A stretch of 63,700 nucleotides of DNA, the filler included, from Octopus bimaculoides (Eukaryota), in the NCBI RefSeq assembly GCF_001194135.2. It is 9 parts of 8 records of this genome, joined end to end, with 100 filler letters (N's around TTAATTAATTAA, not from the genome) between each part and the next. Parts side by side here need not be neighbours in the genome. Positions count along the whole stretch, not along the records: positions 1 to 3,748 come from NW_026426983.1; positions 3,849 to 8,351 come from NC_068997.1; positions 8,452 to 18,682 come from NC_068986.1; 6 more parts are not named here. One strand, 5' to 3'. The notes under the pieces were generated by a model. The model worked only from the letters and a program-made list of their open reading frames with translations. It made no database searches and had not been told where the DNA came from. Every line of letters begins with the position of its first letter. Positions within the stretch are counted from its first letter, which is position 1. Position numbers and translations under genes: made by a program. Below are positions 1 through 13,425 of this stretch, piece after piece.

Positions 1-470
<470 letters not shown>

Positions 471-539
471 TTTTTTATAAATGTTATATGTGGTATTGGA
501 CATTTAAAGTATATATTCAAAAAAATTGTGTGTAATTGA

Positions 540-2520
540 TGCCTGCGCGTTTGGTCCTACCGAATGCGCAATGATCCATGTAAGCGTTGATTTGTGGGTT
601 CGATTCTGAATTGGGTTAACCAATCGTTTTTCACTCAATTGTTTATATATAAATGCCACTTTAAATCTGAGTATATATATTTTTATTCTTATATATACTG
701 GCTTTTAGTGAAGGAGGGAGTTTGATATTCTCGCTCTTTTTTGAATTTCTTCAGCATTGTGTGGGTTCATCTGGGATCTTGGGCAGCAGACGGTCAATTT
801 GTTCCTGGAAAATACCTATCTCCACGCCATGTGGATTTCTTAGAATTTTTGAAAAAATATTATTTAGCTGTGGGTTTTATATCTCAAGCTATTGCCATAC
901 CTGATCCTTACTCTAAAGGGAAAGTGTGGGACTTTTGGAACCGTGCAGCAACATCCAGTTTAGAGGCTGGTATACTCTCGATGCCAAAATTTGGTGTCAA
1001 CCCCTCGAGGATCTTCCATACGTATATCACTGCATATCTCACCCGTCTTCGCTCCAGTATACAGAATCGTGATTCTTTCATCCTGTCTCTCTCAGTACTT
1101 CAGCTGTTCCAATGATGCGACCTTCCTGGTGTAGCTCCATTGAATTACCTCAAGTTGAACTATTAATCTGACGCAGTGGAGTGACCATAGTTGAGAGCAG
1201 CAGTCCAAACGGCTGAGTTAAAATGTCTTCAGGCCTCTGAAATTCATCCGTCCATTTACCTGCATATTGTCAACATCTTGGTGATATGTACGCGAAATCG
1301 GGCGTCGTTGTTCGTATTAATCCCCGTCTCACTCACTGCGTTTGTATTGCAAAGTTTTCTGACTCTAAGATTACCGCTCCTGTTGCTCCAAATGTATCTT
1401 TGTTTCGGCATGTTGGCTCAAAGTGGCTAATGTCGAAGGTCTTGGAACTTTCCTACATTGAATTGCATGTTGTTTTTTCCAGCTCATTTATATATGGTAT
1501 CAAGATATTTTTGTAGAGGATCAACATCGAAAGGTCTCTTAGCTTGTACTATTTTTGTACGGCCGGCAGAGCTAACTAGTGTGACTGTCTGTGTAACTGA
1601 TATGGTATCCGAAAAAGCCACCATAAAAAAATAGCGACTGGAAGACAATTTCTTGAGGTACGCCACTCCTTGTTACTGTCTCCTTGAGAAAGTCCCCATT
1701 GGGTGTCACAGTCTGGCTTCTGCTTTTTAGAGGCCATATAACCACTCCCCCATATTTCCAACAATGCCGAATCTCTTGTAGCTTGCAACATATTATTTCG
1801 TGATCAACTTTATGAAAGGTCTTTGAAAAATAGAGATGCATCACATCCACGTTTGAGCGATTCATTAATTCTTTCAATACTCAGTCATAATGCAGCAGAA
1901 TCTTGTAAGGCAGCTGCTTCCTGAGCAGAAACTGTACTGGTTTTCAGGGAGCAAGTCATTATCGTTCAGGAAAGCGATCAGTTTATCTCTGTTGAAGCGT
2001 TCCATGATTTTGCGTCCTGAAAAAGCGTTCCATAACATGTGAGGTAAGATAAATAGACCTATAAGTTTTAGCATCTACTCTTTTAACTCCTTTAACTTTC
2101 TGGGAAATCTCACACTTGCAAGGAAGCTTTGGAAGAAGATCTGCAATGGTCTTGCTAGAGCCGCTTTGCATTTAAGGAGGATTGTAGTGGCTCATTTCAT
2201 CAAGGCTGATACTACATCAGTTTCTTCTATTTCGATGTAATCGATAATTACCATCCATTTGTGTAGAGCCGTGGAGTCGAAGAACTCATTGGCTTAGCTT
2301 TCAGCAAGTGTCTTCAGGGAAAACTTTGTATTGCACATTAAGGACAACTTTGCATTGCACGTTTAGTATTTCACTTACCTTCTGATGGCCTACAGTCAGT
2401 GAGCTGTTTTCTTCCGACAATGGCACTACTGAAGCAGACTCTTTGAAAATCTATAAAAAGCTCGAGAGTTTGTCTTCATTTTATACAGTCCTGACTTATT
2501 TTTCTGCCGTCTTGATAGGA
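540..2520 (-). mobile_element. Decayed CR1-type non-LTR retrotransposon (RT region to 3' end, many stops and frameshifts)
   Basis: Minus-strand ORF pieces give RT motifs: LLPENQYSFCSGSSCLT, NVDVMHLYFSKTFHKVDHEII, RSGVPQ, VSSAGRTK (YADDTK-like), LQKYLDTIYK. Confidence 0.9.
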
Positions 2521-2665
2521 GTGTTTGAGTTCACATTGAATTTCAAGTAGTGTTTGTTTCAGGTGTATGTATATATCTACTACATATGTGGAAAATCGGT
2601 GAGTGTTTGTTTGTGGCATTGTTAGCTAACTGCTCCTACATCGTTTTATTGATTTTGATCAAACT

Positions 2666-3102
2666 TGACACGTGAGTAGAACTGATGTCTGGAAACCTCG
2701 TGACATACTTAGGTTGTTGAAAAAGATCGATAATGCGGCCCCTGGAAGGGACCTTTATATCTACCTCATATAACTAATTTTTTTTTTTAAACACCAAACG
2801 GAAATAACCCGTAACACCTGTACAATATTTTTTTAAATACTTAAGGGAAATAACTCATTTCATTGTTTATGTTCGATTACTTTGAATATTGATTTTTTGT
2901 GTGTCCTATTTCTAAGTTTTGCAGACAATATCACTTTTATACTTTATTTGACACGTGAGTAGATCTCACGTCTGGAAACCTCGTGACATACTTAGATTGT
3001 TAAAAAAAGTCGATAATAGGGCCCTTCTATAGGATCCTTCTTTCTACTATATATGACTAATATTTTATTTAAACAATCCAAGGGAAATAATCCATAGCAC
3101 CT
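2666..3102 (+). repeat. Degenerate direct duplication, two ~155-bp copies with period ~282 bp
   Basis: TTGACACGTGAGTAGA..GTCTGGAAACCTCGTGACATACTTAG occurs at ~2666 and ~2948. Confidence 0.85.
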
Positions 3103-3591
3103 TCAGATTTTATCGAAGCAATCAATATTTGATTCTCACGATCAGCCGACCAAATTCTGCATTTCACTACTCACAGTTTGGAACTGCTAAACATTATTAT
3201 TGCACTTCCTTAATTTGAATCTTAATTATTAAATACTTAATTCATATATTTCTATACATACATACTTTTTTGAATGCCCATTACTCCGATAATTCTGCAT
3301 TTTTACAGTTACACTTTTTCCATGACAGTAGATAATTTTTTTTTATTCCATNNNNNNNNNNTTACTCCGATAATTCTGCATTTTTACAGTTACACTTTTT
3401 CCATGACAGTAGATAATTTTTTTTTATTCCATAACGTATTTCTAGTGGCTTAATGCAGGCATAGCGTGGATTCGCTACTAGATTGCCAAATTTCACTTAA
3501 CACTTTTCTCACGGTAAAACAATAGTTTTTCTGTGAATGACAGCAGTTATACATTTCCTAGATGCCTTCGCTCATCAAAATAATGTCTTCA

Positions 3592-3681
3592 CCTCTCGCC
3601 AACTTCCGACAACCTTTCTCACCAACCTTCGACAATCTTTGTCGCCATCTTCCGAAAACCTCTCTCGCCAACCTCCAGCAA
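3592..3681 (+). repeat. Degenerate ~22-bp tandem repeat, 4 copies
   Basis: Units resembling CCT(C/T)TCTCGCCAACYTYCGACAA. Confidence 0.7.
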
Positions 3682-3792
3682 TCTCTCCCTCCTCCAGGTG
3701 ACAGTTTTTTGTACTTTTTCGTGACGGAAAATACACCTTTTGTGTCAGNNNNNNNNNNNNNNNNNNNNNNNNNNNNNNNNNNNNNNNNNNNN

Positions 3793-3804
3793 TTAATTAA
3801 TTAA
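3793..3804. other. Assembly linker TTAATTAATTAA inside a 100-base gap (also at 8396, 18727, 22500, 26582, 47769, 59406, 62584)
   Basis: Identical 12-mer flanked by ~44 N on each side at eight sites; gives stop codons in all six frames. Confidence 0.95.
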
Positions 3805-3848
3805 NNNNNNNNNNNNNNNNNNNNNNNNNNNNNNNNNNNNNNNNNNNN

Positions 3849-4473
3849 CACACACACAGACCACGCAAACATACATGAGCACAAACACACACACACATAC
3901 ATACATACATACGTGCATACATACATACGCACATACATACATACATGAACATACGCTGACACACACACACAGACACACAAAACATAAACATACATGGCCC
4001 CCAAAACGCATAGAGATGCACACATGCATGAAAAGGAAACACGCGTACGCACACGCATACATATACTTGTGTGTGTGTTGTCGTGCATACACATACATGC
4101 ATACGAGCATAAATGACCACGAAACACACACACGTGCATAAATACATACACATACATACTAACAAGCACACACACATCTCAAACATACATGACCACAAAA
4201 CGCATACAGACGCGACACATGTAAGACAACAAAACACGCATACGCACATACATACACACATACACACACAAGCATGCATACACACATACACACATAATAT
4301 CGCAAAACACATACACATGCATACACATACACACACATGAATACACATACAACTCAAATGTACATGACCGCAAAATATATATACACACACATATACATAC
4401 GAAGGCATACATAAATACATACATATACACAAAATACATACACACACACATGCATGAACATAAATCACACACA

Positions 4474-4509
<36 letters not shown>

Positions 4510-6069
4510 GCCACACAGACACAATCTGTCGCCTGCTCACAATCATGCCACTCTCACATACACACTCATACGCATACATGTACCGTCTTACGTTCATACA
4601 CATACACACACATACAAACACACACGCATACACTCACACACACACACACACACGTGCACACATGATTACACACAGAAATATACACACTGGACACTCACAC
4701 ACACATCTGAACACTCACACACGCTCACAGGCACACTGATACACATACACATACCGTCATATGTCCAGTCACTCACACACANNNNNNNNNNNNNNNNNNN
4801 NNNNNNNNNNNNNNNNNNNNNNNNNNNNNNNNNNNNNNNNNNNNNNNNNNNNNNNNNNNNNNNNNNNNNNNNNNNNNNNNNNNNNNNNNNNNNNNNNNNN
4901 NNNNNNNNNNNNNNNNNNNNNNNNNNNNNNNNNNNNNNNNNNNNNNNNNNNNNNNNNNNNNNNNNNNNNNNNNNNNNNNNNNNNNNNNNNNNNNNNNNNN
5001 NNNNNNNNNNNNNNNNNNNNNNNNNNNNNNNNNNNNNNNNNNNNNNNNNNNNNNNNNNNNNNNNNNNNNNNNNNNNNNNNNNNNNNNNNNNNNNNNNNNN
5101 NNNNNNNNNNNNNNNNAAAGAAGGGAGGGATATATAGGAAAAGAGAGAGAGGAAGAGAGATAAAGAGAAAGGGGGAGGGGAGGGATGAAGAAATGAAAAG
5201 AGAGAGGGAGAGATAGAGAGAGGGAAAGCGAGAGGGGAGGTGGGAGAAAAGGGAGAAAAGGGACAGAGAGAGATGAGGGGGGAAAAGGAAGAGATAAGGA
5301 GAAACAGAGGGAGAAGAAAGAAAGGGGAGGTGTGAGATTACGGGAGAAAAAGGGACAGAGAGAGATGAGGGGGGAAAAAAGAAGAGATAAGGAGAAGCAG
5401 AGGGAGAAGAAAGAGAGGGGAGATAAAGAGTGAGAGGGGGAGTGGTGAAGAGAGAGATGGGGAGAGAGGTAAGAAGAGAAAGGGAGAGAAGAAGATAAAG
5501 AGAGAAGAAAGGGAGAGAGAAACAGACAGAGAAAAAGGAGAGGAAATTGGAGAGAGAGAGAGGGTATAAAACAGATGAGGAGAAAATGAGAGAGAGATAT
5601 TGAGAGAGTGGGGAGAGAGAAAGATAATGAGAGAAGCGAATAAGAGAGAGAGAGAGGAAGAGAGATACAGAGAGAGGGAGAGAGAAGGAGAGAGAGAGAG
5701 AGAGAGAGGAAGAGAGATACAGAGAGAGGGAGAGAGAAGGAGAGAGAGAGACTAGTTTTTTTTTTCTAGTAAAGGACTTTTTTTCTTTGATGAGAAATCT
5801 GAAAGATTGAGATAGAAGGATGGAAACGGTGTGTGTGTATATGTGTGTGTATATGCGTGTGTGTGTGTGTGTGTCTGTGTGTTTGTATGTGTATGTGTGT
5901 ATGTGTGTGCTTTTGTGTGTGTGTTGTGTTTATGTGTGTGTGTGCGTGTATATCTGTTTTTGTGTTGATGTGAGTGTGTATTGTGTGTACGTGTGTTTTT
6001 GTGTATATTGTGAATTTGTGTTGTGTGTGCGTACACACGCGCGTGTGTATGTGCGTGTGTACGTGTGTA

Positions 6070-6118
<49 letters not shown>

Positions 6119-6540
6119 TATAGAGAGACGGAGGGATGATTGAGGGAGTTTATGGAGAGACTGAAAGATTCTTTTCTAGACCCAGAGAAATGGTAAAACA
6201 TGAGGAATTCGGGACGGTGTATGTATGTGTATGTGTATGCGAAGGGGATTGTATGTGCGTGAAGGTGATTGTATGCGTGTATATGTGAGTGTGTCTGCGT
6301 GGGCGTGTGATGGAGAGCGATAGGATGGATGAAGGGAGACAGAGAAGATATACGCAGAAAAGTGAGGTAAAGACACATTGGATGTGAAAATAAGACATAA
6401 ATAGAGATAGTGAAAGAAGAGTACAGAGAAAGAAAGAGACAGATAGACAGAGACAGAGAGCGGGGAGAGAGAGGGAGAGAGGGGAGAGAGAGGGAGAGAG
6501 GGAGGGAGAGCGAGAAATTGCAGAAAGAGAGAGGTGAAAC
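3849..6540. repeat. Cryptic (CA)n, (GA)n and (GT)n low-complexity blocks
   Basis: Read directly; source of the HT/CV/ER-repeat ORFs. Confidence 0.95.
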
Positions 6541-6894
6541 AACACTAAATTTAGTGGCTGTTTAAGCCATATGTTCCTGAACAATTAATGAGCTGCATGT
6601 GGCGCTAAGAAGGAGCAAAAAGTCCTGAAATATGCTCATCTATCCATTACTTATTTTTCTACCTTCGATCACATTGTTTACATAGACGTATTCGTATGTG
6701 AGACGTCGTAACTTTCGGTACTGGCTCTAATTTCTATAGAAAAGTTTGTTTTATAGTTTCAGACTTAAATAGAGCTGACAATCGTAGATGAGACGTGATT
6801 ACGTGGCCGAGTACATATGCGGCACACAAAAACCTATCTGGAAGGAATGAACTTTCCGTCACATTTATTGAAGACAACCACATCAGTCAATCAC

Positions 6895-7005
6895 TCTTAT
6901 TTCTTTACTGCCCACAAGGGGCTAAACACAGAGGGGACAAACAAGGACAGACAAGGGTATTAAGTCGATTACATCGACCCCCAGTGTGTAACTGGGGATC
7001 TTTTT
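6895..7005 (-). mobile_element. SINE 3' fragment (family with GGGGTCGATGTAATCGAC core)
   Basis: TAAGTCGATTACATCGACCCCCAGTG is related to copies at 43100-43320 and 44010-44230. Confidence 0.65.
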
Positions 7006-7129
7006 TAAAACGGGGGCCACATTTTTCATTAATGTTTTACGTAGTGTTTTTGGTACCGAAAGACTTTCAAACGTTTCTGCCAGCTCACCACACCAGTCAT
7101 CACTCTTGACAACAAAATCTGTGCACATT

Positions 7130-7325
7130 CTTTTGTTTTTTTAATTCTTTTATTAGTTTGTCATTTGACTGCAGCCATGCTGGAGCACCGCCTTTAGTCG
7201 AACAAATCGACCCCCAGGACTTATTCTTTGTAAGCATAAAACTTATCCTATCGGTCTCTCTTGCCGAACCGCTAAGTTTCGGGGACGTAAGCATACCAAC
7301 TTTAGTTCAAACACAGACACACGCA
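7130..7325 (-). mobile_element. 3' module of a bipartite octopus SINE
   Basis: Reverse complement of the copy at 49930-50130 (GGGGTCGATTTGTTCGACTAAAGGCGGTGCTCCAGCATGGC). Confidence 0.85.
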
Positions 7326-7374
7326 TAAACATGATCATTTATGAGCGAAGTGGGTCTTCACCTTTATATATATG

Positions 7375-7475
7375 CGAGGGGGTGCTGCAAAGTTCCTGAT
7401 TTGGGATAAAAGAAAATACAAGAAGATCCGTTAATTATGATTTTGTTCAGTATTTCCCTCTCAGATTGAAACATT
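7375..7475 (+). mobile_element. Mariner-derived MITE, truncated by a gap
   Basis: TIR CGAGGGGGTGCTG(C/A)AAAGTTCCT; same family as 44406-44623 in the opposite orientation. Confidence 0.75.
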
Positions 7476-7613
7476 NNNNNNNNNNNNNNNNNNNNNNNNN
7501 NNNNNNNNNNNNNNNNNNNNNNNNNNNNNNNNNNNNNNNNNNNNNNNNNNNNNNNNNNNNNNNNNNNNNNNNNNNNNNNNNNNNNNNNNNNNNNNNNNNN
7601 NNNNNNNNNNNNN

Positions 7614-7996
7614 GGACCAATGACCCAGTGGTTAGGGACGAGGACTCGCGGTCATACGATCGCGGTTTCGATTCGCAGACCGGGCGTTGTGAGTGTTTAC
7701 TGAGCAAAGAAACTTAAAGTTCCACGAAGCTCCGGCAGGGGTTGGTGGCGAACCCTGCTGTACTCTTCCACCACAACTTTCTCTCACTCTTACTTCCTGT
7801 TTCTGTTGTACCTGTAATTCAAAGGGGCCAGCCTTGTCACACTCTGTGTCACGCTGAATCTCCCCGAGAACTACGTGAAGGGTACTCCACGTGTCTGTGA
7901 AGTACTCAACCACTTGCACGCTAATTTCACGAGCGGGCTGTTCCGTTGATCGGTTCAACTGGAGCCCTCGTCGTCGTAAGCAACGGAGTGCCGTAG
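7614..7996 (+). mobile_element. tRNA-derived SINE
   Basis: A-box-like TGACCCAGTGGTTAGG and B-box-like GGTTTCGATTC, GC-rich body, then (TAA)/(CA)n tail. Confidence 0.75.
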
Positions 7997-8007
7997 TAAT
8001 AACCAAT

Positions 8008-8038
<31 letters not shown>

Positions 8039-8094
8039 AGCATGTATGTACGTATGTAATTATGTATGTATGTTTGTATGTATGTATGTATATA

Positions 8095-8330
8095 TACAGA
8101 GGGTTTGCAAATCCAATGGGGGTCTTAAAAGACATGTTAGGATCCACAATGAGCAGAACTTACTTGCAGGTATTGGTAGTGCAAATCAGAGGTGCAATCT
8201 GTGTGGGTGTTTTTTCAAAACACTGTCTGGTTTAAAAAGCCACATCAGACGCCGTGAAAGGGCTAAGGTGTAGGTGCAGGAGGTGGTCAAACTCTGTCTA
8301 AGGAGTAGACAACCACCATATATATACATA
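8095..8330 (+). mobile_element. RTE-clade LINE 3' end with two C2H2 fingers
   Basis: RVCKSNGGLKRHVRIH...CNLCGCFFKTLSGLKSHIR* followed by a short 3' UTR ending AGTAGACAACCACC. Confidence 0.75.
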
Positions 8331-8451
8331 TACATATATATTTATATATATNNNNNNNNNNNNNNNNNNNNNNNNNNNNNNNNNNNNNNNNNNNNTTAAT
8401 TAATTAANNNNNNNNNNNNNNNNNNNNNNNNNNNNNNNNNNNNNNNNNNNN

Positions 8452-8735
8452 CAGCAGCCGTTCGGCATAAGCTCACAGGTCGGAAATCTTTGGACACTGC
8501 ACGAGTGCGTGCAGAACGGTTTCGTCGCTCTGACCGCATCTCGAGCATGTCGGTCCGGTGTGTCTCGAACCGTGCCTGTAAAGCTTATCCCGAACGGGTA
8601 ATGCTTCTCGATAGCACTGCCAGGCCAGGGATCTCTGGTGGTTGTCCATAGGTCCCGGCCCCAAAGTTGTCCTGAACGGGCGGGCCAGGTGTTCCTCGTC
8701 GACGCCCAGATTCATACGCAGACAGAGAAGTATTC
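8452..8735 (-). mobile_element. Tx1/L1-clade LINE fragment (zf-RVT domain)
   Basis: RSLAWQCYREALPVRDKLYRHG...CSRCGQSDETVLHALVQCP matches the CX2CX7-8HX4C zf-RVT pattern. Confidence 0.8.
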
Positions 8736-8829
8736 ATCTGCAGAAACAGAAACAATACAATTAATTTAGGTACATACGTTATACTTTCTTTTCTCTACAG
8801 ATAAAATCAAATCAAGATACTGGAAGATA

Positions 8830-9118
8830 ATTTACATTAGACGCGTTTCTCATTGAATCTATTAAATGACCTTATGTAAGAAAAGATTGACGAACAAATT
8901 CAGTTGTCAAAACTATAAAATTCAAAAGAATAAGATAAATATTCCTTACAAATCCCTTATAAAGATAAAATATCGTTAAGGGTTCACTTACGTATATAAA
9001 AAAAGAAGTAAGCAGTGAAGAAAACTTAAGGAATGAAGAAAGGGAAAACAGTGCGTATTTACATTTAATGTAGCACAGCCAATACTAGTGAATAGCTAAT
9101 GATAGTTTTTATCATCCC
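8830..9118 (+). repeat. Unclassified dispersed repeat (other copies 10620-10900 +, about 17700-17850 -)
   Basis: Shared AAGATTGACGAA and AAGGGTTCACTTACGTATAT blocks. Confidence 0.7.
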
Positions 9119-9119
9119 A

Positions 9120-9436
9120 CTAGCTGACCCCGTGCTGTCAAAAATGACGGTTAATTGTAGTATTTTATATATAAATGCGGTACAAAATGAGGTACATAAT
9201 AATCACACATACAAACATTGACATACTTCTCTTGTACACGCATGCACACATATACTCGCATAGAGTTGTAACGCTGATTTCTTTTTCATCCCTTCCTTCC
9301 TCATTTACCTATCACTCCGTGCTTTCTCTCATAGCTATTAGTGTCTCTCACTCCCACTCAGTCAGGGCTATTACTCTCACCATTTCCCCTTCACTGAATT
9401 ACTATTTTCTCTCCTGTTCCGCATCCGGCGTGATTC

Positions 9437-9472
<36 letters not shown>
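9120..9472 (-). mobile_element. Probable non-autonomous Helitron
   Basis: Minus strand begins in (TCTA)n and ends with a GTCA-TTTT-TGAC hairpin followed by CTAG|T. Confidence 0.45.
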
Positions 9473-9475
<3 letters not shown>

Positions 9476-9719
9476 CAAAAGAAGGAAAATGCACAGAATT
9501 TACATAGTTTCAATATATTTTAAATTAAAGTGTATTGTGGCTGTCGAGACCGGTTTCGCTTTCGCTAATCATAACACTGAAACCTTTGTGATTTCTTATC
9601 TTAAGAAGATTTTAGTCCATGTTCTTGTGTGAAATCGGTCGACATCCACAATACTCTTTCATTTACGATATATTAAAACTATGTAAACTATATGCATTTT
9701 CCTTCTTTAATCATATATA

Positions 9720-10023
9720 TCTGTATATATAAAAGGCAGGATGTGTGTGTGTGTACGTGAATGTAATTTATGCACGTCCACAAATTAGCACGCATGTCAC
9801 TCCAATTTTAGGGGGACATTCGTCATGACCCTAGCTGCATTTTCGTCAACTTATTTTTCCCAGAGGCACCAGAGAATAGCAGTAAAACTAAATTTTCAAC
9901 CAAAACTTTTAACAATTTTCAAGTCGGAGAAAACCGCCTTTGTTTACAACAGGAGTTAAGTCCCCTTCTAGCGACGAGCAAATTTTTAAGACTTTTGTTG
10001 TTGTTTTTTTTTCCATTGATGAA
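9720..10023 (+). mobile_element. Probable 5' end of a non-autonomous Helitron, cut by a gap
   Basis: A|TCTGTATATATAAAAGGC followed by (TG)n, a typical Helitron-N 5' layout. Confidence 0.35.
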
Positions 10024-11255
10024 AAAAGTGTTTTGTTGATATANNNNNNNNNNNNNNNNNNNNNNNNNNNNNNNNNNNNNNNNNNNNNNNNNNNNNNNNN
10101 NNNNNNNNNNNNNNNNNNNNNNNNNNNNNNNNNNNNNNNNNNNNNNNNNNNNNNNNNNNNNNNNNNNNNNNNNNNNNNNNNNNNNNNNNNNNNNNNNNNN
10201 NNNNNNNNNNNNNNNNNNNNNNNNNNNNNNNNNNNNNNNNNNNNNNNNNNNNNNNNNNNNNNNNNNNNNNNNNNNNNNNNNNNNNNNNNNNNNNNNNNNN
10301 NNNNNNNNNNNNNNNNNNNNNNNNNNNNNNNNNNNNNNNNNNNNNNNNNNNNNNNNNNNNNNNNNNNNNNNNNNNNNNNNNNNNNNNNNNNNNNNNNNNN
10401 NNNNNNNNNNNNNNNNNNNNNNNNNNNNNNNNNNNNNNNNNNNNNNNNNNNNNNNNNNNNNNNNNNNNNNNNNNNNNNNNNNNNNNNNNNNNNNNNNNNN
10501 NNNNNNNNNNNNNNNNNNNNNNNNNNNNNNNNNNNNNNNNNNNNNNNNNNNNNNNNNNNNNNNNNNNNNNNNNNNNNNNNNNNNNNNNNNNNNNATATAT
10601 ATATATATATATATATATATACACGTGTTTCTCATTTTATATATTAGAAGTAAAGATTGACGAATAGATTCAATTTTTAAAACTGCATCTGTATTATAAT
10701 TCAACACATTTGTATTTTGAATTATAATACAGATACATTTATTTCTTACAAATTTTTTAATAAAAATATAATACTGTGAAGGGTTCACTTACGTATATCA
10801 AAGGGGCAAAGAAGGGAAGACACTTGAAGGAAGTCCGATGCGTATTTAAATTTAATATAACACCATCAACACTAGTAAACACCTGGTGACAATACATTGC
10901 TGTTTTTAGTATCCTATAATTTAAGGAGATAATAATGACATGTCATTAAATACCAGCTGTCAACTAAAGTCTTGTTTCATGGCTTGTAGAGAATTGGAAA
11001 GAATGTTTTTTTTTTTTACTTTTCTATCTAAATTAGATAATTAGTCACTTACGTGAATAGTCATTTACGTGAACAGTTACATCAGGCGTTAATCCCATTC
11101 AATTCTTTGTGCAATAAACAATTCATTCTGTCACATTAGGTTTTATCTTATCTGTAATTATAAATGACTATAAGACATAAGTCATTCTTTTCCTCCAAAA
11201 ACAAGTTTGCACCATAACAACTAATATTGTAGAAAGCTAGATAGTTAGCTACCTG

Positions 11256-11337
<82 letters not shown>
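11256..11337. repeat. (GATA)n microsatellite
   Basis: Read directly. Confidence 0.95.
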
Positions 11338-12669
11338 CACATATACAGGCGGCGCCAGTTGTTTGACGACACGTTCTTCATGAGCTTTAATTTTCCTCTC
11401 AGTCATTTGTTTTTAACCTTACATTTCAGATAACTAATGTCGGATACCATGAGCGAATGAAATGACACTCTGTAATCGGTGCATTAATAACGCAACATAG
11501 TGATAAATAAATAGCTCGCTTTACTGAAAGTTACCCGATCGTTCGTTGTTGAAGTCGGTGTTCTTGGCCAAAAGATCACTGACCCTAAACAGCTTTGAGG
11601 AACCGGAAAGAGAAGTATGAACACGCAATGTGCATGTGCACACTGGATTTGTAAAAGGGAAGAGAAGAAAAGGGAAGAAAAGCATAAAAACGTAATGCGC
11701 ATGTCACGTTTCACCTGATTTCGCTGTTTTAATTACGCAGATATCGCCATGTTTCTTTATCTGCTAACGCACAGATAAAAACTTTTTACGCAGCATGCTG
11801 CAATTTTCTTGTTTTCTTTTCTGTTCATTAAAACAATGTTAGGTTTTCGATGTATAACCTAATGGTCACATTGAATCGCTGCATTCCACAACATTTTGAT
11901 GTATTCATTCTCAGTAACTCCCGGAATTTGGTCATACCACGTCTTTGATCATAGTTTCCATAAAGCTCCCAACTGATCATTTTTGAAACATTGTCATGTC
12001 CCCTTTAGTTTTCACATTGTGATAATTTCGGGCACACATTTACAATGTGTCACATTGTTTCACCATTTCACCGCTTTCACCGTACATTCTGCACTTGTCG
12101 CTCTACCTTGTTTTCTCAAAACAGTTACCAACAGGCAGCCACAAAGTATCAAACCCTGCATCTATCAGATACCTGCTGAGCTCTTTGTACCTGAAAGAAG
12201 GCAATTATTGACAAAGGCATGAGAACAAATTGACCTCTATATCCATTTGTATGACATGCACCGAGACACATTTTATTTTTATATCGATATTAATAATGAA
12301 TATAAATTTCCTTTGGTTCGGAAATGGAAAAATGAAAGAAAGTAGTAAATAATTCTCTTGAATTTGGAAAAATCTGTCCCCGAGGGGAAGACGAAAGTGA
12401 GAAAAATTCCCATGATATTTTGTGGGGTTTCAATGGTTTTAAGTAGTGCCTGCCTGCTTACCTTCCTACCTACCTACCAACCTACCTACATTACCTACCT
12501 ACCTAACGAACTACCTAACGAACTACCTACCAGACTACCTTCACACCTACATACCTAACCACCTCCACATACACTTAATTACGTTCATTCCTTCGTTCCC
12601 ACCTATCTACCTACCTGCATACATATATAGATATATGTACGTATGCATGTAGGTAGATATATGTATGCA

Positions 12670-12831
12670 TACATACATCAAAAGAATCTAACACCCATCC
12701 TCAAATCCAATCTTTAAGCGAAAAATTAAAACTTGTAAGATATTCCAAAGACTCTCCATGAGAGATTCTGTAATTGAACATATGCACACACTTAGTTATA
12801 GGCATTTACAAGCATACACATCTAAAAAGCA

Positions 12832-12835
<4 letters not shown>
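12670..12835 (+). mobile_element. R4/Dong-clade LINE extreme 3' end remnant
   Basis: ATCCAATCTTTAAGCGAAAAATTAAAACTTGTAAGA aligns with 15870-15905; ends in (CA)n. Confidence 0.45.
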
Positions 12836-12893
<58 letters not shown>

Positions 12894-13425
12894 CACACAC
12901 AGACACACACAATGCCGAACAATGTGACTATGCTGCAAACATTCTTGAGTTTTGTAAATTATTAGCAAATTTACATTCCTAATATACAATATGATCTATT
13001 AAAGAAAAATACAAAATGGTGTTTGACTGATAAGTGCCAGAAAGCATTTGACGAGTAAAATAGCATTTTTACATCGGACTTATCGTAAATAAATCTTGAT
13101 CCAAAAGCGCGATATTATATCGGCTACAGATGCAAATAATTACGGTGCAGGAGCCAATGACGATGGGAGTAGAAAGGCTATAGCCTATGTATCACAATCG
13201 TTATTAGCAGCAGAAAGGAACTACAGCCAAATAGAAAAGGAAGCGTTAGCAATCATATTCAGTGTGAAAATATTCCATTGACTTATTCATGGAAGACGTT
13301 TTTGTCTACAAACGCATCATCGTCCACTATTGTCGATATACGGTTTTACAAAAGGAATACCAACACACACAGCTAATAGACTACAGCGATGGGACACTAC
13401 ATTCTTGAATTACGACTACAAAATG

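Noticed and set aside
3279-3432. Exact ~70-bp duplication around a 10-N gap
   Set aside because: Typical unmerged contig overlap.
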